The notes under the pieces are model-generated. The model searched no databases. It saw only the letters and a program-made list of their open reading frames with translations, and was not told where the DNA came from. Positions 27,861 through 36,583 of a stretch of DNA of 64,000 bases are shown here, piece after piece (positions within the stretch are counted from its first letter, which is position 1; every line of letters starts with the position of its first letter). Position numbers and translations under genes: made by a program. Origin of the DNA: an uncultured archaeon (GTDB taxonomy: Archaea > Asgardarchaeota > Thorarchaeia > Thorarchaeales > Thorarchaeaceae); NCBI GenBank assembly GCA_964590575.1, contig CAZPWM010000001.1, forward strand, positions 22,217-86,216. The letters are read 5' to 3'.

Positions 27861-28337
27861 ATGAACTTGAAAGTACGAAGAAACGGGGACATCGTTGAGT
27901 TACGTAAGGTAGAACTTGAAACCTTGAGCCCTCCATTATTCAGGACGCTCATCGGTTATAATTCACTGAAGCGTCTTGGTTACTCAATTTCATTTATCCG
28001 TCCTAAGAAGAGCTCGAGCGGCGACTTTGAAAGGATTCGATACAACTTCATCGAGCGAGGAATTATGACCCGCCAACTTGAGGGTGAACTTGAACCCGAT
28101 ATGAAACGTGGCATTCTCAATCAACTACCTCGCGGAAATTTCTCAATTATTCTTCTGCTGACTCAAGTTCCACGAAGAGGTGTAAACATCAGACTCGATA
28201 AATTCGAGTATGAATTCCTCGGCTGCATTCTCATGAGAAATGATGAAACCCTTGATGTTGTGATGAATATTACACCCACGAGAGATATTCTAATGCCGAT
28301 GTATGATAGAGATGAAATCATGACGGAAAGTGCGTGA
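27861..28337 (+). CDS. Hypothetical protein
   Basis: ATG at 27861 (MNLKVRR) lies in the 27765 ORF frame and avoids overlap with ogt. Confidence 0.65.
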   Translation: MNLKVRRNGDIVELRKVELETLSPPLFRTLIGYNSLKRLGYSISFIRPKKSSSGDFERIRYNFIERGIMTRQLEGELEPDMKRGILNQLPRGNFSIILLLTQVPRRGVNIRLDKFEYEFLGCILMRNDETLDVVMNITPTRDILMPMYDRDEIMTESA

Positions 28338-28339
28338 GT

Positions 28340-28495
28340 CTATATCTTACTCGTGAAAGGAGTTGATTTTTCCTCCAACTGCTTGAGTTCCAGCCGTTTC
28401 TTTCTGGCTTGGTATCCTGCGAGTCCTGCTCTCCCTGCTAGAATAACAACTGGGACTACCCACCAAATGATGATGTAAGTAAAATCGTACTGCAT
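28340..28495 (-). CDS. Small single-TM protein (51 aa, below the ORF-track cutoff)
   Basis: MQYDFTYIIIWWVVPVVILAGRAGLAGYQARKKRLELKQLEEKSTPFTSKI*; fills the intergenic gap. Confidence 0.55.
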   Translation of the reverse strand: MQYDFTYIIIWWVVPVVILAGRAGLAGYQARKKRLELKQLEEKSTPFTSKI

Positions 28496-28517
28496 TCTGT
28501 TTCATCCCAATACAAAA

Positions 28518-30296
28518 ATGAATGAAATTAAGGATGTCGCAAGACGCAGTATTTACTTATCTTTATCAAGAACGTACGACCTATACAATTCAGAGAGGAA
28601 ATCCTACTTGCCTAGAAGTGTGAGAGAAGTCCCAAAAGAGATTGCTGCATTTGGAGAGCGCCAGTTCAAGGATTCTGGTGCAGCCGCAGTTGAAGTTCTT
28701 CGAGTAAAAGCAGCTGTGATGAGAAAGCACTTTCGTCAATTGAAAGGGATCACATTTCTCGTGGCTGTTGTAGCACGTGATCGGGTTCGAATCTATTTCT
28801 TCAACGCTGCTGGAGTCATGCTTGTGGGTGAGAATGTAGAGGTACCAGTATACCAAAAAGTTCGTGCAAGTTCCAAGCTCATCGCAAAGTATGAGAAACC
28901 AAGAGAGCTCACTCCTGAGGAGCAACGCATTGAAGCAACACAGGAGCTTAGAGAATCGTTAGTCAAAGCTATTCGTCGTGTGACTCGTTTTCTAAATGTA
29001 GCTCCGCCAACATTCCCAGATATTTTCGTCACTCGAACAAGCTCTGAAGAATCCAGCCAAAGTTTTGGGCTTCAGTTAACAGATGATAGGGAATACCTTT
29101 TCGAAGAATCCGCACTAAAGACAAAATGGGTTGATGGACTCATTACTCGGACAGCGTTTCTTGTGCATCTTGAATCTGCACACTCAAAGACTCATATTGC
29201 TTCCTTAGTTGGCAATGGGATTGCACTGGCTCTATTGAAGGATCCTGCAAAAAAGGGATTCCGTGAATTCTGGTTGAAAATCAGCAAAGATACAGAATGG
29301 TCTCCTCTAGTGAATCACATGATCAAGCATTCGGATTGCTATGCGGGTAATGGGTTTGTTAGACTCTATTCACTTCTTCAACAAATATCTTCTTCTAGCT
29401 CAGTTGATGATTGGATCCTCCCATTCAGAGTAATTCACGATAGTGCGAGGGTCTCAATAGGAACTGAAGAATACCATACAATTCAGGGGTTCTGCAAGAC
29501 TCTATCAAACCCTCGAAAATTGAATTCTCGAAAACACAGTCTTGAATCTATTCACATGGCTCCTCGTGTTATTTGCGATCCCACTCCTTTGAACACTCAA
29601 ATCTTCATCTCCCATGGGTCCCCCTCAGATGAAGACTGGGCAACTGTGTCATTCATTGATGGCTCAGAAGTTAAGACACTCAGAATAGGCCCAGCAGATG
29701 AATCACGTGTAACAACAATAGAATATTGGATGAATCTTGAGGATGTCTACCCTACATCTGGGGGATTGATCTCTCATGGCAAGAATGTTCTCCAGCGAGC
29801 TCTAGCAACTCTTGGGATCGAAACCACTCCTTCTGGGACATTTGAGGCAGCCATTGAATTCTCAGACTCCGTTTTAACCGCTAATGAGAAAGCTGTCCTT
29901 GAACGTTTGATTCTTGGAAAGTCTGATGTATTGTCGAATACATTGGTTGGCTCACCCCAGATAATTGACAAGCTACTTGCTAAAGGGAAAATCATGTTCC
30001 TGCCAAGCTTCAACCATATTGGAGTGGATTCGGATTATCTATTGAGAGGGCCAACTGATTTAGTGAGGCAAATTGTAAGACAAAATTGCGTTGAGGCTAC
30101 TCTCTTCAATAACACTGCAGAGTCATTTGCTGTGGTTTCTGCCCCTCCAACTTGGAGAGATGGACTTCTTGAATCCACTGTCAAGGAAGGTGTGTCCATC
30201 TGGTCCATCATATCGACCACCTCGAATAGAAATATTCTGCGTTGTGAGGATTCGTTTCCAAAACAAGTTGTGACCTGGTCTGATGGTGTCACTTGA
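28518..30296 (+). CDS. Hypothetical protein (592 aa)
   Basis: Long ORF with no confident motif. Confidence 0.75.
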   Translation: MNEIKDVARRSIYLSLSRTYDLYNSERKSYLPRSVREVPKEIAAFGERQFKDSGAAAVEVLRVKAAVMRKHFRQLKGITFLVAVVARDRVRIYFFNAAGVMLVGENVEVPVYQKVRASSKLIAKYEKPRELTPEEQRIEATQELRESLVKAIRRVTRFLNVAPPTFPDIFVTRTSSEESSQSFGLQLTDDREYLFEESALKTKWVDGLITRTAFLVHLESAHSKTHIASLVGNGIALALLKDPAKKGFREFWLKISKDTEWSPLVNHMIKHSDCYAGNGFVRLYSLLQQISSSSSVDDWILPFRVIHDSARVSIGTEEYHTIQGFCKTLSNPRKLNSRKHSLESIHMAPRVICDPTPLNTQIFISHGSPSDEDWATVSFIDGSEVKTLRIGPADESRVTTIEYWMNLEDVYPTSGGLISHGKNVLQRALATLGIETTPSGTFEAAIEFSDSVLTANEKAVLERLILGKSDVLSNTLVGSPQIIDKLLAKGKIMFLPSFNHIGVDSDYLLRGPTDLVRQIVRQNCVEATLFNNTAESFAVVSAPPTWRDGLLESTVKEGVSIWSIISTTSNRNILRCEDSFPKQVVTWSDGVT

Positions 30297-31953
30297 TTTT
30301 CTTTATTATAGTGCCAATTGCTCGAGTGTTGGCCTCTCTCAGAACAATCTTGTCTCCTACATTCAAAGCCTCAGGCGAGATCATGAACTCAAGTCGCACT
30401 CGAGCAAAATCACCAACACTTAGATAATCTGCATCATAGATTTTCTTGAGGACCACCGTCTGTTGTATTGTGTGTGCTTGTAGGACTGGTGCATAGCCTA
30501 CGGAGATTTTCGTTGGATGCCGTGTGACAATGATGTTCGCTTCGAAAGTTCTACAACTTCCGGATTCTATGTCCGGGTCTGTAATCATCTGACCTCTTCG
30601 AACAAGATGTTTGTCTACGTCTTTGATATCAAAGCCAAAGAGATCCCCTGCCTTCACCATTCCAATTCGTTTCTTGAACATCTCAATACTGAACAGTCGC
30701 CCCTCTTGGAACTGGTTACCACCATCTGGTCCTATTCTTAGTGCCTGACCCTTCTTGAACATGCCTGACTTGACTGTCCCCGTGACAACTACATTTGCTC
30801 CCTTTATTCCTCGATACACTTTGTCAACATATGCTCGTGCAGGATCACTCAGACCGATATGATTAGAGTTTACAGGGAGTGATTTGAGAAGGTTTGTCAA
30901 AAGTTCTAATGATTTCGACTCCAGAGCTGAGATTAGAAATATGGGCACTATCACTTCGTTACTGAGTTCTCTTACAATCGGAGGTATTTCATCACTTGTT
31001 CTAACCGTGACTGGTATTCGTCCTACTTCTTTGAGACTATTTCTAACTACATTCACTACAAGTTCTAGATCTTGAGGACTAGTTTTATCTGTCTTTGAAA
31101 TCATAACGATAAAAGGCGCGCCTTGATTGGCCATCAATATCATATGCTCTCGAGTTATCTCATCAAGTCTTGGAACACCATAGTTCAGCTCTTCTTGCCT
31201 GATTAGATATGCTTCTTCCGGACCCGGAATTAGAACAAGTCCATATTGTGCATCAGCTCCAAGGATTGATCTTATCATTGTCTTGCTGTATTCTTTGTGA
31301 CCTGGTGCATCGAAGAATGTGATTATCTTCACGGATTGATCTAGAACTCTAGCTGAGTCTTCCTTGTTCAATGGATTCTCAGGATATACTGTGTTGCCTT
31401 CTTCATCAAATCCCATGAATGCAAGGTGAATATCTGCAGTTTGTCCCCTTGTAATTTCCTGCGGATGTGTGAGGAGGAATGATCTCGCGCTTCCACTACC
31501 ATTGTCAGGGCGTCCCGTAACTAGAGCCCCAATCAAACTAGATTTTCCTGAGTTGACTCTACCCGCAACATTGATTGAACAAGTTTCTTTTATTTCCGGT
31601 ATTGCAAGTCGTTTCAGAAGATAAGACCCGACCATCCCCTGCAGTGTTTCAATCTGCTCCTCTTCAACAATCTCAACTGATGCTTCTTCGCACAGCTCAG
31701 CAAGAATCCTCTCCGACGTTTTCAAAGCATTCTCCGATATTCCGTGTACTTGCCACTCCTTCCCTCCGATATCCTCAATACCAATGAGAAAAAGTCCCTC
31801 AAATGGACTCTCACATGTCATATAGCGAATCCGCGTGACTAACTTCTGTTTCCTCTCAGTCTTGAGGTCTGCTCGAGTGAGTTTCCTCTTGAACTCTGTA
31901 CTTCGATTCTCTCCTTTCATCAGGATTTTGAGAATCTCATCAGGCGTTGTCAT
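30289..31953 (-). CDS. Archaeal GTPBP1/2-like translational GTPase
   Basis: N-terminal GENRSTEFK (AlbA_2-like), G1 GRVNSGKS, EITRGQT, DAPGH, SKTD, EF-Tu-like domains II/III; start at 31953 or 31980. Confidence 0.88.
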   Translation of the reverse strand: MTTPDEILKILMKGENRSTEFKRKLTRADLKTERKQKLVTRIRYMTCESPFEGLFLIGIEDIGGKEWQVHGISENALKTSERILAELCEEASVEIVEEEQIETLQGMVGSYLLKRLAIPEIKETCSINVAGRVNSGKSSLIGALVTGRPDNGSGSARSFLLTHPQEITRGQTADIHLAFMGFDEEGNTVYPENPLNKEDSARVLDQSVKIITFFDAPGHKEYSKTMIRSILGADAQYGLVLIPGPEEAYLIRQEELNYGVPRLDEITREHMILMANQGAPFIVMISKTDKTSPQDLELVVNVVRNSLKEVGRIPVTVRTSDEIPPIVRELSNEVIVPIFLISALESKSLELLTNLLKSLPVNSNHIGLSDPARAYVDKVYRGIKGANVVVTGTVKSGMFKKGQALRIGPDGGNQFQEGRLFSIEMFKKRIGMVKAGDLFGFDIKDVDKHLVRRGQMITDPDIESGSCRTFEANIIVTRHPTKISVGYAPVLQAHTIQQTVVLKKIYDADYLSVGDFARVRLEFMISPEALNVGDKIVLREANTRAIGTIIKKIK

Positions 31954-32156
31954 TTGGTGTACTCCATGTCTTCTCTTCATTCTCTCTACTGGTTATAAGC
32001 CCTATCAACAAATGCTATTTTGCTTGAGTGAGTCCTTAACCAGAGAACACTTTTTTTCACAAGTATTTCTGCTCCTTGAAACTCTTTCGTGACAACACAA
32101 AAGCATATCAGTGAAACGATAAGAACGTCATTAATACCCACCACAGAGGGACTCCT

Positions 32157-35100
32157 ATGTACAATAGATACTTCATTCTGGCAATCTTACTCGTACCCCT
32201 TTTTCTAACTCCCACTTCTGTGGCTGCACGAGTGGAATTGAATTCCACATTCGGTTCAGACAGACCGCTGATTGAATCCCGCCTTAGAATGGAGGTTCAA
32301 TCTTCACCAAATCCTACAAGCGCTCTTCTTGAATTCAAGAGTCCTTTGTCATCTACTGAGATCCTTAGAGCTGAAAGTTTAGGAGTCACTTTCGTGAAGC
32401 GTGGATCCTCGATTGTCAACGTTGGCCGGATTTATTCTGTAGAGATAAACAATATCGTTTCTTTGGAAGCCCTATCTGAAATAGGTCTAATCAGAGCCAC
32501 TTCTGGAAAAAAACAATACATACCCGCTCTCTCATCCTCAGTGCCTGCGATTCGAGCTGATGATGTTTGGACGAATCTGAACAAGAACGGTGGGGCAGTC
32601 AATGGTTCCGGCGTAACGGTTGCAGTTCTAGATACTGGCGCTCTTTGGACACATCCTAGCTTTTGGCGTGCATCACCCGGCGAGTACAAGACCATTAACA
32701 ATGGGTCTGACTACTATGTAGATCTGGATAATGACACGGTGCCAGATTCTACCGAAATTATTCGTTTTGTGGGTGGAGGCGGACCTGACTTTTCCTACGC
32801 ATTTAACTACATGTACATTAATGCAGATGGGATCGCAGGGTTTAGCTATGCATCTGGAGACCGCTGGATTGGTGGAATTGATGCAAATGATGATACGGTC
32901 ATAACTTTGGGAGTTGAGAATGTAGTTCTCTTAGACGTATCAAAAGTCGCAGTTTTCTACGACCAAGAACACTCCAACGTGTATGTGAGAGATGTCAATC
33001 TCACTCAAGCGGTGTCCATTGGTGATTATGATGGTCATGGAACACATGTAGCTTCCACTATTGCCGGTGGTCAAGTTGGAATGACATCCTATGTCGGTGT
33101 TGCCCCTGGCGCAGATTTGATAATTATCAGAAGTGTTCTCCAATCTGCTGACATCTTGGATGGTATAGCCTTTGCAATTGAGAATGATGCGGACATTATC
33201 AACATGTCTTTCTCTTCATATCTGGGATTTTTAGATGGGACTGATTTGGAAGACCTTGCGGTATCAGAAGCGTTCCTGAGGTATGGAGTATTGACAACTG
33301 CAGCTGCTGGAAATCTTGGTAATAAAAACAAACACGCTCGATTCTCTGCGGCACAAGGGTCTTCGGGTTCTGCTTTGATGAGAGTAGATGATGTTGTTAT
33401 ATCAAGAGCACCATTTCTGAGCTTGTTGTGGCACTCGTCAGACAATGATGAGCATGTTATACTAACACCACCCTCCGGTAATCCAATAGACCTTGGAGCC
33501 TTCTCATCTATTGCACAGCAATCCTGGGCACTTGAAGATGAAAATCTTGCAGCCTATATTTTTGCGGATGTCAGTATACGAGGGCTCAACAATGTGATAA
33601 TCCAAGTTTCCACAAATGACCATATGTGGGCGAATGGTGTTTGGAATGTAACAGTCACTAATGGTTCGGGTGACCTCATTTGGATAGACGGATTCGCATG
33701 GGATGGACGGTGGGAAACAACCCACTTAACTTTCCAGACCGCTCTTGATTCAGGAAGAAGTATCAGTTCCCCTGCTACTGCTGATCTTGCAGTGGCAGTT
33801 ACTGCCTACAGTGAAGTAAGTTCAGGAATTATGAGCGAATCTAGTAAGGGTCCCAGGGTTGATGGCTCTCCAAAACCAACTGTGGCTGCCCCTGGTGATA
33901 ATATAGCTGCAGCTCTGGCTAGTCTTACTAGCCTATGGACTTCAAAGGATGGGACCAGTATGGCCTCGCCGCACGTTGCGGGAGTGCTAGCACTTATTCG
34001 CCAAGCCTCAGGCAAGAACTCTGCATGGTTGGACTACTCTGCCTTGGTCAATGGTGCTGGAGGTCAGGCTTCACATTATGAAACAGCCTCGCCCTCATGG
34101 GGCCATGGTCTCACTGATGCTCTGTGGTCAGTTGTTCAAGTTTTAGATTCTCCAGGTATGGATGGTTCTACAATGTCCGATTGGTACGGTGTGAGTGAAC
34201 TATTCGGAGATGCAACAAATCTCTCAGTCAATGGAGGACATGATATCATTTCTGCCAAGTCATTCTTGGACAATGATACTATTGGAATAGCAATAACCAT
34301 GAGGGCCGCACCTGATTTACAGGGTACGGATGTTCTCAGCATTGAGTGGGATAATGATTCAAATGTGGGTACTGGGAGGAACGGAGCTGACATCGTTGTC
34401 AATATTACTGGAGGGTCTGCAGATGTCTATGAATGGAATGGTAGTTCCTATGTAGCTTCATCTCTAGTTTCACAATGGTGGACTGATTCGACAGCAGTGA
34501 TCCTTCGGCTTGATGGTATTACTCCTGGCGTTCGTGGAATTATATCTATGAGTACACATAACTCTACGATGAGCAATATCGACCAAGCTGGTCCTGGGAC
34601 GCTCACTGATATGTTGCCCCCTGTCATGGAAGACCTCTGGATGCAGTTTAATGATGGTTCAATGATTATTCACCTAGCCACGAGAGATCGCGACACTTCA
34701 CAAGAACTTCGAAACATTGCGTGGAGTGTTGTCAACGGGCCTCTTGCAACTCTCAACTCATCATCACGAGTAGGAGAAAGCGATTACATAATCACTGTTC
34801 CTGAGAATCTGATTACTTCTGATTATCTCAATAGCCTTTCATTGAATATCACATCAGAGAGCTTTACTCTTATCTTACCACTCGTTTTGCTTTCAACCCA
34901 AATCGGTCCACAACTAGTGTTTTCAATCGCTACGCTCAACCAAGATGTTGTTCGAGTTGGATTCCTGTTGAATGATTTAATTGCTGGCGAATTGGTGTTG
35001 GAGGGTTTTACTCTCGCTTCCTTGGTCTACGTAGCATTCCATTCTGAATCTGGGTCTTGGCTCAATTTCACTCTTTCAAGTAGTACTGGTCATTACGACT

Positions 35101-35306
35101 TTGAGATATCCCCCTCATACTTCCAACTAGGGTCACATGAGGTATACGCAATCGCTATAGGGCAGGTAGTACCTGGAACATCTCTGAATTTCGCCACTCT
35201 AACAGTGGTACAGGATTACACTGTGCTAGCTGTAGGGGCTGCAATCCTTATCGTGGGTTGTGGTATAATTGTGATTATGCGAAGACGTAGAGGTGACATA
35301 GGCTGA
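32157..35306 (+). CDS. Membrane-anchored S8 subtilase, paralogue of 20275
   Basis: VLDTG, HGTHVA, GTSMASPHVAG; signal peptide; C-terminal TM followed by RRRR. Confidence 0.92.
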   Translation: MYNRYFILAILLVPLFLTPTSVAARVELNSTFGSDRPLIESRLRMEVQSSPNPTSALLEFKSPLSSTEILRAESLGVTFVKRGSSIVNVGRIYSVEINNIVSLEALSEIGLIRATSGKKQYIPALSSSVPAIRADDVWTNLNKNGGAVNGSGVTVAVLDTGALWTHPSFWRASPGEYKTINNGSDYYVDLDNDTVPDSTEIIRFVGGGGPDFSYAFNYMYINADGIAGFSYASGDRWIGGIDANDDTVITLGVENVVLLDVSKVAVFYDQEHSNVYVRDVNLTQAVSIGDYDGHGTHVASTIAGGQVGMTSYVGVAPGADLIIIRSVLQSADILDGIAFAIENDADIINMSFSSYLGFLDGTDLEDLAVSEAFLRYGVLTTAAAGNLGNKNKHARFSAAQGSSGSALMRVDDVVISRAPFLSLLWHSSDNDEHVILTPPSGNPIDLGAFSSIAQQSWALEDENLAAYIFADVSIRGLNNVIIQVSTNDHMWANGVWNVTVTNGSGDLIWIDGFAWDGRWETTHLTFQTALDSGRSISSPATADLAVAVTAYSEVSSGIMSESSKGPRVDGSPKPTVAAPGDNIAAALASLTSLWTSKDGTSMASPHVAGVLALIRQASGKNSAWLDYSALVNGAGGQASHYETASPSWGHGLTDALWSVVQVLDSPGMDGSTMSDWYGVSELFGDATNLSVNGGHDIISAKSFLDNDTIGIAITMRAAPDLQGTDVLSIEWDNDSNVGTGRNGADIVVNITGGSADVYEWNGSSYVASSLVSQWWTDSTAVILRLDGITPGVRGIISMSTHNSTMSNIDQAGPGTLTDMLPPVMEDLWMQFNDGSMIIHLATRDRDTSQELRNIAWSVVNGPLATLNSSSRVGESDYIITVPENLITSDYLNSLSLNITSESFTLILPLVLLSTQIGPQLVFSIATLNQDVVRVGFLLNDLIAGELVLEGFTLASLVYVAFHSESGSWLNFTLSSSTGHYDFEISPSYFQLGSHEVYAIAIGQVVPGTSLNFATLTVVQDYTVLAVGAAILIVGCGIIVIMRRRRGDIG

Positions 35307-36583
35307 AGATCATAATCATCGGATATGGTCCTGGTGGTGCTGCAGCTGCAGTCGCTGCTCGGATGTTCAATACGCAGTCTGAAATTCAAATTATCACTGA
35401 GGAAACATTAGAATCTCACAGAAAACCAGGCGCCTCGATGGCACTTGAGTTTCCTGATACTTCAGATCTCCGGATAGACGATTGGTCGTTTGATGCTCTC
35501 TCAAAGAAACGAATCGCCACCATCACAGGAACTCAGGTGACGGGAGGAGATTCCACCTCCAAAGAAATCTATATCAAAGGATCCCATGGCGAGAAGACTT
35601 TGAGCTATGACAGACTCATCTTAGCTACTGGAGGCATTCCTGCTTTGCCGAATATACCCGGTACGGATTTAGCAGGTGTCTTCACAATTCAGACGATGGC
35701 TGATACAAGTGAGATTGGAAACCAGTTGTCTGGGATGAAATCGATTATAGTTGTTGGCGCTGGTTTCAGCGGTCTCGAAACTGCTGAGAGGCTTCTTTCA
35801 ATTGGAAAAGATGTTCACCTCCTTATACGATCCCGACTTATGCGAAAACAATTGGAGGAACCAATGAGCCTGGAACTTCAGTCAAGAATTCCAGACAGAC
35901 TGAATGTACACGTTGGTAAATCCCCTTCATCCGTAATTGGGGATAAAAAAGTGCAAGGAATAACTGTTGGTTCAGAAACAATTCCTGTCGATGCGATTCT
36001 TTTCATGACCGGTGTCCGACCTAATACCGAGCTTGCTAAGAAACTTGGTGTCAAGATTGGCCCCTTGGGAGGAATAGTAGTTGATGAAGCGATGAAGACA
36101 TCTGTGAATGATATCTTCGCAGTCGGCGACTGCGTTGAGATGAAAGATTCGCTTACTGGAAAGCCACTTCTTCTTCCAATTGGTAGTGTAGCCGCTCGTG
36201 CAGGTCGACAAGCAGGAGTTACCGCAGCAGGTGGCTCCAAGATATATGATGATACACTACGTCGCCTACAGTATGACCATATCTTCAATACTGATATTGT
36301 TGTAGTCGGTCATTCAACCACAACTGCTACCGAGATGGGCTTGAAAACTGATGTTCAATATTTTGAGGATAGCACAGAATTTGCGAAAGTAGCTTTAGTC
36401 ACAACTGATGATGGACGCCTTGTTGGAGGTCAGGTGATATCTTCACGCATGGGTGCTCGGCTTGGTTATGAAATACTTGAGCGAGTTGAGTCTGGAGCCA
36501 CCCTAAGAGAAAAACCCCTTCTCAAACCACGTCACGAAAGATTGCGTGAGTATCTAGAATCTACTTATGGTCCTATTCGATAG
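35303..36583 (+). CDS. FAD-dependent pyridine nucleotide-disulfide oxidoreductase (NADH oxidase/CoADR-like), probable CTG start
   Basis: Upstream extension (L/M)KIIIIGYGPGG supplies the FAD GxGxxG; LILATG, VGAGFSGLE, IFAVGD. Confidence 0.88.
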   Translation: MKIIIIGYGPGGAAAAVAARMFNTQSEIQIITEETLESHRKPGASMALEFPDTSDLRIDDWSFDALSKKRIATITGTQVTGGDSTSKEIYIKGSHGEKTLSYDRLILATGGIPALPNIPGTDLAGVFTIQTMADTSEIGNQLSGMKSIIVVGAGFSGLETAERLLSIGKDVHLLIRSRLMRKQLEEPMSLELQSRIPDRLNVHVGKSPSSVIGDKKVQGITVGSETIPVDAILFMTGVRPNTELAKKLGVKIGPLGGIVVDEAMKTSVNDIFAVGDCVEMKDSLTGKPLLLPIGSVAARAGRQAGVTAAGGSKIYDDTLRRLQYDHIFNTDIVVVGHSTTTATEMGLKTDVQYFEDSTEFAKVALVTTDDGRLVGGQVISSRMGARLGYEILERVESGATLREKPLLKPRHERLREYLESTYGPIR

